A stretch of 64,000 bases of DNA from positions 160,001-224,000 of the forward strand of contig CAVWVI010000004.1 of the NCBI GenBank assembly GCA_963758495.1. The letters run 5' to 3'. The position numbers and the translations under genes are program-made. The first letter of the stretch is position 1; every line of letters begins with the position of its first letter. The DNA is from Oligoflexia bacterium. GTDB lineage: Bacteria; Bdellovibrionota; UBA1018. Under the pieces are notes generated by a model, which was not told where the DNA came from, made no database searches, and saw only the letters and a program-made list of their open reading frames with translations. Of this stretch, positions 1 to 9,128 are shown one piece after another.

Positions 1-376
1 ATGCAGCGACAGAAGGACTTTGTTCTTGCGCAGGCGCACAAAAACTATAGCCTTGGATAGAGCCCTTCTCTGTAAAAATGACCTGCCGAGCTTCAACAAT
101 CAATTGATATCCATGAGTGAATATGGGTCCATCAATCACGATTTGATCTGCTCGAATCACTTCGTCATTTTTAAGTACAAAGGAATGGGGTCCTAGTGTG
201 ATTTTATTTCCATAAATCAATAAAGACTGATTCAATAAATCCGACTCAACTTTAAAAGGATCGAAATCGGTATCTACTTCATCGCCTGAATGAGCACGAC
301 CCCCCAGAAATAATAGGCTCGTCATGATCAACAGCGGCGCTATCCGAGAAAATTTTTTAAATAAATATTTTTTCAT
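1..376 (-). CDS. Secreted hypothetical protein, 5' part only (runs off the window edge)
   Basis: Manual translation from ATG at 376 gives MKKYLFKKFSRIAPLLIMTSLLFLGGRAHSGDEVD..., open to position 1. Signal-peptide-like N-terminus; starts 22 bp after the stop of 399..1541. Confidence 0.75.
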   Translation of the reverse strand, partial: MKKYLFKKFSRIAPLLIMTSLLFLGGRAHSGDEVDTDFDPFKVESDLLNQSLLIYGNKITLGPHSFVLKNDEVIRADQIVIDGPIFTHGYQLIVEARQVIFTEKGSIQGYSFCAPAQEQSPSVAA

Positions 377-398
377 AAAAATACAAATCTTGAACGAC

Positions 399-1541
399 TT
401 ACAAATTGGCCCTAGCGTTAATTCTCGCAAGTATGCCTCCAGCATCGTTGATCTCTTCATCTAAAATATTCTGTAATTCTTCTTCCAGAATTAATTTTTC
501 CCTGGCAACATCATAAAAATCCTTCAATGCTTCCTTTGCCAAGACGTATTGACTGAGCATCTGCGCATATTGCTGCTTAGCTTCGGCTACTCGCTCTTTT
601 TTTACTCTCTCTGCAATTTTCTTTACGGTCTCATCTATTGCCTTAAATGGTCCAGACCTAAAAAACTCTAAAAATCTATTTTTCGGTTGAGCAGACTGCC
701 TTTGTTTTTCTAATAAAATACTTTCTAAAATGTCCCCCATGAGATCCTTGACGTCTTCACCAAACAATCCCGTATCATCGTCAACAATAGCCTTGATTCT
801 GTCCGTATCGAATCCACTTAATCCGGAAGTATAAGAAAATAACTTATCTGAGCTGGACTTAATTAATCCATAATCTGACTTTATTGCATCCAATGATTCT
901 AACAGTTTGTATTGATCTTTCAGTTTGGTGAGCTTTATTTTCAAATCTCTTCGCACCTTAACCGCGTCTTTTTTTGACTTCACTGCTAACACATTTAAAC
1001 TAACGCTAAAACTGATCCTACAATTTCTATCAAACTGCCCATCAGAAAAAGAAAGCCTGTTGATCGGCTCAATTTTTACTGTTCCAATTGCTTCATTTTC
1101 AGGCAAATAGATAATCTTTCGCACATCATTTAAATAATCCATACCCTCATACTTAATAAATTTTCCATGTACCGAATCAATCTCAAGTCTCAATAAGGAC
1201 GAACTACCTACACGCTTACTTTTTCCACATGAATCTGATCTTTTAAACTTAATTTCAGTCTGAAATGGAAGAAATGGAAGTAAGTTTCTATTTTCTCCTA
1301 TTTCGATTAAATCCAATTTACATTGACCCATTTTTCCAGAGTGCAGTACTCCACAGTTATCTTGAGAAACCAAGGTATAATCATTTATGATAGGCCTAAT
1401 GACTTCCGAAGCAGACCCTGAAGCTGACTCAACAACAGTAGAAGCCTGAGTAGATGACTCCGAAGGTGCCGCTTGGGTGCTCTGAGAAAGTAAAAAAACA
1501 CCCATTGAAATTTTTGCAATTAATACAACAAAAGTATTCAT
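399..1541 (-). CDS. Secreted hypothetical protein with C-terminal coiled-coil region
   Basis: 380-aa ORF with signal-peptide-like start (...STQA), Ser/Thr-rich linker, Cys-containing middle and helical charged C-terminus. Confidence 0.75.
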   Translation of the reverse strand: MNTFVVLIAKISMGVFLLSQSTQAAPSESSTQASTVVESASGSASEVIRPIINDYTLVSQDNCGVLHSGKMGQCKLDLIEIGENRNLLPFLPFQTEIKFKRSDSCGKSKRVGSSSLLRLEIDSVHGKFIKYEGMDYLNDVRKIIYLPENEAIGTVKIEPINRLSFSDGQFDRNCRISFSVSLNVLAVKSKKDAVKVRRDLKIKLTKLKDQYKLLESLDAIKSDYGLIKSSSDKLFSYTSGLSGFDTDRIKAIVDDDTGLFGEDVKDLMGDILESILLEKQRQSAQPKNRFLEFFRSGPFKAIDETVKKIAERVKKERVAEAKQQYAQMLSQYVLAKEALKDFYDVAREKLILEEELQNILDEEINDAGGILARINARANL

Positions 1542-1579
1542 ATAATTATATTTTTTATTAATGATGTTATTTTTAAGAA

Positions 1580-2302
1580 TTATTTCTTTGCACTTCTGGC
1601 ATTCAGTTTAGCTTCTATCGCATTATCAATATAAGCATCTAAAACTTTGAGCAGTGCCTTGTTCTTTATTAAAGCATTGGGTAGATCTTTTATTTCATCC
1701 ATAATGGCATTAATTTTTTTGGTTTGTTTATTTTTAGGTGTGAGATTTACCTTGATATAAGTATTAACAATAACACAACGCGGTCGCGTCTCTGCTCCAC
1801 CTGTAGGATCGATGAGAAACCAATGAGCATTTCGACCGGTATTCTCACCCCAACAAGGGCGATTACAGTGAATTGCGCTGTGACCTGATCCTTTATCATT
1901 GGCTACGGTAAAACGATCTGAGTCATGAGTATGGGATTTTAATAAATCCTGTTGGTAATTACCTACACATAGATTTCCTTCAGGATTACCGCGTTCGGCA
2001 CTTTGATCCCAATTAGAACTTCTAAGAAATACTCCCCTTGAATCTGGAAGAGGCCCTGTCCAAAGCTTTTCACTCATCAGGGCATCATCATCTTTTAATT
2101 TCTGGCCATTCATCAATACCCATCCATCACCGTAAATTCTCTGAAATGCATCTGGTGCAAGAATAGATTGGCGGATTTCACCTAAATTTCCAGTATCTCT
2201 TTCTGGAATAGCGTGGGCGGTAAGTGCCATTAAAAATATGAGTAAACCTAAATACATCTGTTTTTGAATTTTAAAAATCACTTCAAACTCCGTAATAAAC
2301 AA
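1580..2302 (-). CDS. Signal-peptide-bearing protein with phage tail-fibre/tail-collar-like domain (probable start ATG 2257)
   Basis: Motifs GWVLMNGQ, LPDSRGVFLR, VGNYQQDLLKSHTH and GGAETRPRCVIVNTYIK match the tail-collar/short tail-fibre pattern. MYLGLLIFLMALTAHA looks like a Sec signal. Confidence 0.75.
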   Translation of the reverse strand: MFITEFEVIFKIQKQMYLGLLIFLMALTAHAIPERDTGNLGEIRQSILAPDAFQRIYGDGWVLMNGQKLKDDDALMSEKLWTGPLPDSRGVFLRSSNWDQSAERGNPEGNLCVGNYQQDLLKSHTHDSDRFTVANDKGSGHSAIHCNRPCWGENTGRNAHWFLIDPTGGAETRPRCVIVNTYIKVNLTPKNKQTKKINAIMDEIKDLPNALIKNKALLKVLDAYIDNAIEAKLNARSAKK

Positions 2303-2693
2303 TTAACTTAAATTAAAGGTAGTTTGATACATCAACCAAGAGAATAAGTAAATATACGATATTTAAAACACCTGTAATTACAGCGTTTAAATTTTCTTAA
2401 CCATTATTTAAATTTATTTGATTAAAAATCGTAACCTTTTGAAAATAGCACTCTAAACTACAATCTTTTAAGTTTATTAATAAATATACTTAAAGCGAAT
2501 ACATTCTAAAAAACGGAGAATCGCCGTCCATAATGGACAAAATACAGCGATTACTGTGAAAATTTCTGTAAAAAATTAACAAAAATAACTGGTCAGAACT
2601 ATTAAAAACAAGTACTTAACTACAAAACAGACCAACGAATAACGAACTGAACTACCCTGAACTACTAAGGAAGAGAAGTCGAGCGCATTAAAA

Positions 2694-3767
2694 ATGCTAA
2701 AGAACGTAGGAATCAATAAAGTTAAGAGTATTATATTTGGACTTTGTATTGCCGGTGCAATTGGCTGTGGAAAAACCGACGAACATCGCCTAACTGATAC
2801 TGAAATCAAAGCAAAGGTACAGAGCTATCCCAAACGCGATATCACCTCTGACTCTCAGGTTCAAAAATACCTAAAGGACCATAAAGTCTATATCTCATTG
2901 ACGACTTCACCCACCCGTATCTCTAAGATTGATAATGTTTTAGATACACTGGAGCTTGAATATATAGAAAATATTCTCATCAATTTACCACTCCGCTTTG
3001 GAAGAGATGACTCAACCTACAAGGTCCCTTTCGAATTAATAAAAAAATATAATAACAAAGTACTTTTTCTTCGTCCTCCCAAGGACCTGGGTCCAATCAC
3101 CAAACTACTCCCCAGCACTCAATACATTAAGGAACAAGGCGATAAAGATGCAATTCTAATTTCCATTGACGACGATACGGCTTACCCAAGAGGAATGGTG
3201 AACGAAATGATTCAAAATATCGTACATCACCCTCATACAGTAATTGCTTCTTCAGGCCAAGATCTTCGCTTTTGGAACATTGATGACAAGAAAATGCCGA
3301 TTGCATCCAAAAATACCGGTAGACAATGTCGAGATGGAAAAGACTCCTACTGCGATGTCGTAGAAGGATTTGGAAGTATTGGATACCGCGTAGGCTTTAT
3401 CCATGTCGATCTGATGAAAAAGCTCTCTGCAAGTGAGTTCTCAAGGGACTGTTTCGTGTCTGATGATCTGGTCATCAGCTTTTCATTGGCTCTCTCCGGT
3501 ATAGATCGGTTGAAGATCTCAAACAAGTTCCTCGGACTCCACCGCATTCATCTATTTTCATATGGCTTCGAAGATGATGCATTACACAAAGGAGCAGGCT
3601 TGGACCCCTCAATGGCCAGCACTTCCGACATGAACAATATCAAGTATCAAAACTGTCATGCGAAATTAATTGAACTCACTTACAATAAGACAACTGCACA
3701 ATTTAACGATGTAAATCAAATCATTGCTGAATGGAATCAGAGGTATTTACCCACTACTCACCCCTAA
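2694..3767 (+). CDS. Putative lipoprotein glycosyltransferase (GT-A/GT2-like)
   Basis: Lipobox-like IAGAIGC, plus ISLTTSPTRI, DLGPITKLLP, IDDD (DxD) and SDDLVIS motifs. Confidence 0.65.
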   Translation: MLKNVGINKVKSIIFGLCIAGAIGCGKTDEHRLTDTEIKAKVQSYPKRDITSDSQVQKYLKDHKVYISLTTSPTRISKIDNVLDTLELEYIENILINLPLRFGRDDSTYKVPFELIKKYNNKVLFLRPPKDLGPITKLLPSTQYIKEQGDKDAILISIDDDTAYPRGMVNEMIQNIVHHPHTVIASSGQDLRFWNIDDKKMPIASKNTGRQCRDGKDSYCDVVEGFGSIGYRVGFIHVDLMKKLSASEFSRDCFVSDDLVISFSLALSGIDRLKISNKFLGLHRIHLFSYGFEDDALHKGAGLDPSMASTSDMNNIKYQNCHAKLIELTYNKTTAQFNDVNQIIAEWNQRYLPTTHP

Positions 3768-3790
3768 TGGTAAGCAGTTCCCTTAGGGCT
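3768..3790 (+). repeat. Dispersed intergenic repeat copy (TGGTAAGCAGTTCCCTTAGGGCT)
   Basis: Near-identical to copies at 26427, 27456, 47249 (rc), 53396 (rc) and 54730. Confidence 0.7.
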
Positions 3791-3940
3791 CGTATGCATG
3801 TTCAGCCGTCAAGACTAAAATGATCTTCCAAATCGATCTTTTTTTGGCTTTTTTTCGACGATCTCAACTTTTCCTAAAAAGAAATTTTCAAACCTTAGAC
3901 ATCCCGTGCTAAAAGACCCCTTTCGAAGGGGAGAATTCTT

Positions 3941-6133
3941 TTGAAATACATTCAATTACTACTGTGCACAGTTCTAATTAGCTCAAGCACCTTATTTGCA
4001 AATTCGACTTTAAAGGTTAGCACTGACTTAACGAATCGTGGCCCCTTTGAAATCACAAGTAGTGAATATCGGCTTCCCGCAGAAATTGACTATCATGTTT
4101 TAGCAGATCGAAAAACTGAGATCTGGGCAAGACTTTATCGCCCCACTGATTTATCGAATGGCCCGTATCCTTTGGTTGTTTTTCTTCATGGCAATCATGG
4201 AACCTGTGGCATTGGCTCACACCCAAGACAAGACTCGAATTGCGAATACACCATTACGGGAACTTGTCCAAGTGGTTACGTAGTCACACCTAATCACTTA
4301 GGTTATAGTTACCTTGCAGAAAATGTCGCATCCTGGGGTTTTCTAGTGATCTCCATCAATGCGAATCGCGGAATCACTTGTGGCGAGGGAGTTTCGGGTG
4401 ATTATGGACTCAATTTAGCAAGAGGTCGCCTTGTTTTAAAACATTTGAACATCCTCAGCTCCTGGGCCCACAACGGAGGAGCACCTCAATCACTTGGACT
4501 TGGGTCAGATGGACTTGTTGGTAAAATTGATTTCGCCCAAGTCGGGCTCATGGGACATTCACGTGGAGGAGAAGGCGTCAGGGCTGCTTATAATTTATAT
4601 CAAGATAGCGGCAGCCCATGGAAAGAGAGAATTCCTGAACTGCAAATTCGTGCGATTTTTGAAATTGGCGCCGTAGATGGTCAAACGAATCGAGTACTCA
4701 ATGCGAACGGAATTGCTTGGAACCAACTCCTTCCGATGTGTGACGGCGATGTCTCAGATCTACAAGGAAGGTATCCATTTGAGAGAATGCTTCTCAACTC
4801 CAATGAAGCAGAGATCGCTCAAAAATCAACTTATCAGGTTTGGGGAGCTAATCACAATTTTTTTAATACAGAATGGCAAACGAGCGATTCAGAGGGATGC
4901 TATCAACATAAGCCCATATTTAATCCTGATACATTCGAGTCCAAAGCTCAGCAGCTGATCGCACTAGCCAGTCTTCCTGCATTTTTTAGAAGTCATTTAA
5001 GCTCCTCCGCAGAGGAATTTAATCAAATCTTTAACCCCATTTCTCACCTTCCTGCTTCCATCCTTAACATTACCCACGTGACTAGAGACTTCACTGTCTC
5101 ACCCAGCCAAAAAGAGCAGATGCGCTTTGAAGAATTTGACCAAAATACAGGAATGGGCACTTATGGATTCCCTCATCTTTCTCAAGGACTCAAAATAATC
5201 CACATAAGAAGTGATCAAACTCTTCAGAGAGTAGCAAAGATCAGTTGGAATCTTGAGGGAGAAGATGTTTTTTTCCAGTCTGTTTGGTCTCGTGTAAACA
5301 ACGGACGTGATCTCCGTGATTTAAAAACATTGGACTTTAGAATCACTCGGCTCATTAACCCTCTCAACTCTAGCCCTTCTACAGACTTTTCAATTCAACT
5401 TTTAGGTGTTGGAGATCAGCTCTCTGAACCCGTTCAACTCAGTCGTTTTCTTAATTTGATCGGTCCAGCAATCCAAGGGAGTATCGTGCTTCAAACAGTG
5501 AGAATTCCTATTCAAGAATTTCGCAATATTGATTTGCAGCAGATCAGGGGCATCCGTTTTACATTTAACCGAACCCCATCTGGATCCATTGCTTTGGGAA
5601 ATATCCGATTTTCAAGATCTCTGGGTGCAGGTGGAGTAGGCTCAAGTCAGCTCAGCTTAGCAACGTCCAGGGAAACACCTAGAGAAATACGTAGAAAACC
5701 TATCTGGGAAACAATTTGGGGAACATCCAGACCCAATCATCTGTCATTTCCAAATAGAGCGATGAAGGAGTTTCCTCAACCTCGTATTCAAAAAATCGTC
5801 GCAAAAGAAAAAAAACGTATTCAAAGTATGAAAAGTATTCCAATGAGTTCCGCTCTTCATGGTCGTCCTTCAATTGAAATCCACATCAGCAGTGAAGTCC
5901 CCTTCGAAGTTAGGGATGCATTACCTCTGCTTAAAATAGGGAACTCTGAATTCAAACTGAGTCGATTTGGAGATCAGGGAGATCTTAAAAATTTGATATT
6001 CACTTTGGAAAATGAAAATTTTAACGAGCTTTCTCAAAACAGTCCTGTTCATATGTCGTATGATTCCACACCCGGCACAGAAATAGAGGAATCATACGAC
6101 TTAGGAAACCTAGATAAAAACATACTGCATTAA
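3941..6133 (+). CDS. Secreted alpha/beta-hydrolase with C-terminal accessory domains
   Basis: Signal peptide, PLVVFLHGNH, nucleophile elbow GHSRGG, CDGDV and GANHNFFNT. Confidence 0.85.
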   Translation: MKYIQLLLCTVLISSSTLFANSTLKVSTDLTNRGPFEITSSEYRLPAEIDYHVLADRKTEIWARLYRPTDLSNGPYPLVVFLHGNHGTCGIGSHPRQDSNCEYTITGTCPSGYVVTPNHLGYSYLAENVASWGFLVISINANRGITCGEGVSGDYGLNLARGRLVLKHLNILSSWAHNGGAPQSLGLGSDGLVGKIDFAQVGLMGHSRGGEGVRAAYNLYQDSGSPWKERIPELQIRAIFEIGAVDGQTNRVLNANGIAWNQLLPMCDGDVSDLQGRYPFERMLLNSNEAEIAQKSTYQVWGANHNFFNTEWQTSDSEGCYQHKPIFNPDTFESKAQQLIALASLPAFFRSHLSSSAEEFNQIFNPISHLPASILNITHVTRDFTVSPSQKEQMRFEEFDQNTGMGTYGFPHLSQGLKIIHIRSDQTLQRVAKISWNLEGEDVFFQSVWSRVNNGRDLRDLKTLDFRITRLINPLNSSPSTDFSIQLLGVGDQLSEPVQLSRFLNLIGPAIQGSIVLQTVRIPIQEFRNIDLQQIRGIRFTFNRTPSGSIALGNIRFSRSLGAGGVGSSQLSLATSRETPREIRRKPIWETIWGTSRPNHLSFPNRAMKEFPQPRIQKIVAKEKKRIQSMKSIPMSSALHGRPSIEIHISSEVPFEVRDALPLLKIGNSEFKLSRFGDQGDLKNLIFTLENENFNELSQNSPVHMSYDSTPGTEIEESYDLGNLDKNILH

Positions 6134-6138
6134 GCCTG

Positions 6139-7377
6139 TCACTGCTCGACGGCTTCTACAATAATTTTTAAAGTCTCTGCGTCCTTAATCTCTTCTGTCG
6201 ATGAGATATGAGAGATATAAAGATACTTTAACTCAGAAATATCTGTAAGAGTACCTTGACCAGAAAGAGGACCATAGACTTGAGATCGATCTGCTAGCCA
6301 GCCATCTTGGCCTACAAAAAAGGTAATGGATTGAGCTTGAGGATGGTCAATTCTCCAGTTAATTTTTTTAACGCGAATCGGAACTTCTCCTCCTAAATTA
6401 AAATTATTACTACCTCTGGGTTGATGGAGTGATACCGAAAGAGGAAAGGTATCTACAGAAAAAACCTGCAACTTTTGATCAGCAGCTATTCTCCACCAAT
6501 CTCTTTGAGTGGGTGCTGTATTCCCATCTACTCCCCATCTTCCTTTAAAACGAATCCATTCTTGCCCAGGTGTTGGATTCTCTAATGTACCGACGTTAAT
6601 TATATTTTCCCAACACTTCCATTGAGGTCCGTTACTGGCTGTTCTATCTAATATCCTATTAAAAAAATTGAAACTCTTCGGGTAACTCGCATGCCCATGA
6701 TACGCAGAGTAAACCACTGGATGGGTTTCTAATGCATACTCCAGTTCGTTTGCAGAATAGACTGCACCATAGCCATTTGAACCATGCCTATCGTAATAAG
6801 CATGATCGATTTTATATTGACCCCGCTCTTTTACTAAGTGGACATCAATATGTTCCCAATCTCCCTCATGAGTGCCAATAGGTCCTAAAATCCAAGTTAG
6901 ATTTCCATTGTATGTGTAAAAAAAAGAATATTGTATGACTGCCCCGTTTTCCTTCTGAATAAAGTTTGCATAACAAGGTGCCGTGACTGTTTGAATTTGC
7001 TCTTGGCCTACTAGAGAATGAATTCCTAAAGAAGGACCTTTTAAGGTTTTTAACCTGTCTTCCATACGAGGTGTGAGATAAGTATGTTCGTCAGAAATTT
7101 TTTCTAAATCCGCAATAGTCGGTTTATTTAAAATGAGTTCAGCTTCATTTTCATATTGAGTCGGATCTTTTTTCAAACTGCATCGCTCAATATACCAATC
7201 GACAGAACTCGGTAAATACTCTTCCCCTTTATAAAGCTTGACGAGAGGAGCAAATTTTTTAATCACATCATCCGCGAGTTCATGAGAAATTTCTTCTTCA
7301 GCCCCTAAAGCTGAACTGATTTGACTAAAAATAAAAAATAAAATTAGAATTTTTTTTTGAACTTCTTTTAACTTCAC
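6139..7377 (-). CDS. Secreted Vps62-related protein
   Basis: Signal peptide; KFAPLV..YLPSSVDWY, QYSFFYTYNG, HEGDWEH, HPVVYSAYHGHASY and WIRFKGRWG resemble the Vps62 domain. Confidence 0.7.
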   Translation of the reverse strand: MKLKEVQKKILILFFIFSQISSALGAEEEISHELADDVIKKFAPLVKLYKGEEYLPSSVDWYIERCSLKKDPTQYENEAELILNKPTIADLEKISDEHTYLTPRMEDRLKTLKGPSLGIHSLVGQEQIQTVTAPCYANFIQKENGAVIQYSFFYTYNGNLTWILGPIGTHEGDWEHIDVHLVKERGQYKIDHAYYDRHGSNGYGAVYSANELEYALETHPVVYSAYHGHASYPKSFNFFNRILDRTASNGPQWKCWENIINVGTLENPTPGQEWIRFKGRWGVDGNTAPTQRDWWRIAADQKLQVFSVDTFPLSVSLHQPRGSNNFNLGGEVPIRVKKINWRIDHPQAQSITFFVGQDGWLADRSQVYGPLSGQGTLTDISELKYLYISHISSTEEIKDAETLKIIVEAVEQ

Positions 7378-7469
7378 TGAAACACCCCCACTGTTTGACG
7401 CAGAAACCTACTTTTTTAAAAGACATTTGTCAATTTTTAGAATCAATGAATTTTTTAGAATCAGTGAGT

Positions 7470-8324
7470 TCACCTTAAACAAAATTGAGGTGACATTTGA
7501 AGGAGTTCGAAATCCAAGTCAGATATAGGGGCTTTAGAATAGGCTAAAGCCCTGAATGGTGCAGCATTGGTTGAGTTACGTACCCGTTCAAGCCAACGAT
7601 GATCAAGCGGATACTCGATGAGATCCATTTGATTTGAGGCAATCGTCGTTTCGGCTTTTTCACCGATTTCACAACCCCTACCCACAAAAAATCCTGCAAG
7701 TAAGAGGGTAGTACGCACCGCTGTAGAGCGCGTATAATTCGTAAGCAAACATGGGATATCAGACTTCAAACACTGCCGTACTCTGGAAAAATGCTCTAGC
7801 GTCCACATCTCCTGATTTCCTATAGGCGAATAGGGATCGTAAAAAATCGCATGGGGTGCCGAAGCATGCCCATTCTTGATTTGATCTCGAAAATCACCCA
7901 GATGAAGTTGCCATTGAATATGCGGTAAAATACTTACTTGATGACTTGTGAGTAATTCTCTTAAAACCTGCTCATAGGGAACTAAATAACCCAGCTCATG
8001 AGCATGTGAGAGTGCAAACTCAATCGGAGCAGTCGTTTGATCGAAACTATGAATCTCTACGTTCGTTTGACCCTGGCGAAGTGCTTCGATCGCTGCAAGT
8101 ACATTTGCAGCGGCTCCAAAACCCACATCCCAAATCACGAACTTCGGAGTCGTTTGACTACAGCGCTCAACTAAGCGTTGCTGTTCAACGTGAAGAACAT
8201 TGGCTTCAACCCACGGCCCTGTGACCGGATGAAAAGTCTCATGATGCGCCAAAGAGCGTAGACTCTTAATTCCAGTTTTGAGTGTAACAATTTCAAACTC
8301 GTTCAAAAATGATTGGCGTTCCAT
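7470..8324 (-). CDS. mnmD: tRNA (mnm5s2U34) methyltransferase, MnmD/MnmC-N-like
   Basis: ETFHP..GPWVEA, SAM-binding DVGFGAAAN and FYDPYSPIGNQEMWT. Confidence 0.75.
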   Translation of the reverse strand: MERQSFLNEFEIVTLKTGIKSLRSLAHHETFHPVTGPWVEANVLHVEQQRLVERCSQTTPKFVIWDVGFGAAANVLAAIEALRQGQTNVEIHSFDQTTAPIEFALSHAHELGYLVPYEQVLRELLTSHQVSILPHIQWQLHLGDFRDQIKNGHASAPHAIFYDPYSPIGNQEMWTLEHFSRVRQCLKSDIPCLLTNYTRSTAVRTTLLLAGFFVGRGCEIGEKAETTIASNQMDLIEYPLDHRWLERVRNSTNAAPFRALAYSKAPISDLDFELLQMSPQFCLR

Positions 8325-8402
8325 CTATCCATGAGTCTTTACCTGAGTGATCTACACGGGTCAATTACATTTCAGAGTTCAGAATTCGGGAGGCTGGATT
8401 CG

Positions 8403-8536
8403 GGGATCAGGTTCCTGGGATCAGGTTCCTGGAATCAGGTTCCTGGAATCAGGTACCCGGAATCAGGTACCCGGAATCAGGTACCCGGAATCAGGTTCCT
8501 GGAATCAGGTTCCTGGAATCAGGTTCCTGGAATCAG
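8403..8536 (+). repeat. 14-bp tandem array, 9 full units plus a partial (GGAATCAGGTTCCT; variants GGGATCAGGTTCCT x2, GGAATCAGGTACCC x3)
   Basis: Counted directly. No spacers. Confidence 0.95.
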
Positions 8537-8704
8537 CATTCTGAATCCTGCATCCCGGAGTCCCGGAATGACCGACTCCAGAAGATCTGCCTTACCCCTA
8601 TTTCCTGGAATTAGAGGTAAGGCTCCATCGCTCCTTTCTTTTTTCGAGAAACAGCCCCGTTGTCACTTGAGGGCTGTTCCTCAAAAATTCGAAAGGAGCT
8701 TATC
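8537..8704 (+). promoter_or_regulatory. Structured 5' leader; long hairpin 8630-8699 sequesters the Shine-Dalgarno of the four-helix-bundle gene
   Basis: Complementary pairs GCCTTACC (8589-8596)/GGTAAGGC (8616-8623), GCTCCTTTC (8630-8638)/GAAAGGAGC (8691-8699) and inner AACAGCCC/GGGCTGTT. Confidence 0.6.
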
Positions 8705-9010
8705 ATGGTCCATAATCAATTCAGGAGTTATCAGGTTGCCGTACAAGTCTTCAAAGAGTGTCGGTCACTCCAACTTCCATCGTATCTCAAGGATCAGTGT
8801 CTTCGTGCCGCATCCAGCGTTGTTCTCAACCTTGCAGAGGGTTCAGGCAAGGATTCCCCAGCTGATCGTAGACGCTTCTACCAGATCGCAATGGGTAGCA
8901 CTCGCGAAGTGCAAGCTATTTTAGATCTTGCTGATCGAGTTCCTGCTTCTCTCCGTGATCAAGCTGATCACCTCGGTGCTTGTGTCTACAAGCTCTGCCG
9001 GGCGCTCTAG
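8705..9010 (+). CDS. Four-helix-bundle protein (23S rRNA IVP / TIGR02436-like, Avd-related fold), copy 1, 101 aa
   Basis: Family signature LKDQCLRAASSVVLNLAEGSGK..ADRRRFYQIAMGSTREVQAILDL. AAGGAG RBS 6 nt upstream of ATG 8705. Confidence 0.9.
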   Translation: MVHNQFRSYQVAVQVFKECRSLQLPSYLKDQCLRAASSVVLNLAEGSGKDSPADRRRFYQIAMGSTREVQAILDLADRVPASLRDQADHLGACVYKLCRAL

Positions 9011-9024
9011 TTATTTTTCTATTC

Positions 9025-9058
9025 ATTCTCTCTTGAGAGTAAGTTCTCAAGAGAGAAT
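9025..9058. terminator. 14-bp perfect-stem hairpin between convergent genes
   Basis: ATTCTCTCTTGAGA-gtaagt-TCTCAAGAGAGAAT. A homologous stem with a different loop lies at 12692-12724. Confidence 0.7.
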
Positions 9059-9128
9059 TAGATTTTCTTTTATTGGAGTTGATCACGTCATTAATTAATA
9101 GGTTTCGTAAGGATAAATTATCCTCCAT

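Larger units (their letters stand above)
8390..9058 (+). mobile_element. Repeat-array/four-helix-bundle module, copy 1 (inverted duplicate of 12692-13438)
   Basis: Aligns to the reverse complement of 12692-13438 from GAGGCTGGATTCG through array, leader, CDS and 3' hairpin. No transposase is present, so mobility is inferred only from the duplication. Confidence 0.6.

Noticed and set aside
1580..2302. Prophage
   Set aside because: Single fibre-like gene with a signal peptide; no capsid, terminase or integrase in the window.
8313..8924. ORFs 8313..8924, 8347..8544, 12826..13440 and 13220..13465 (GSWNQVPGIRFLES repeats)
   Set aside because: By-products of a stop-free 14-bp array. They are out of frame with the four-helix gene, whose synonymous-biased differences identify the real frame.
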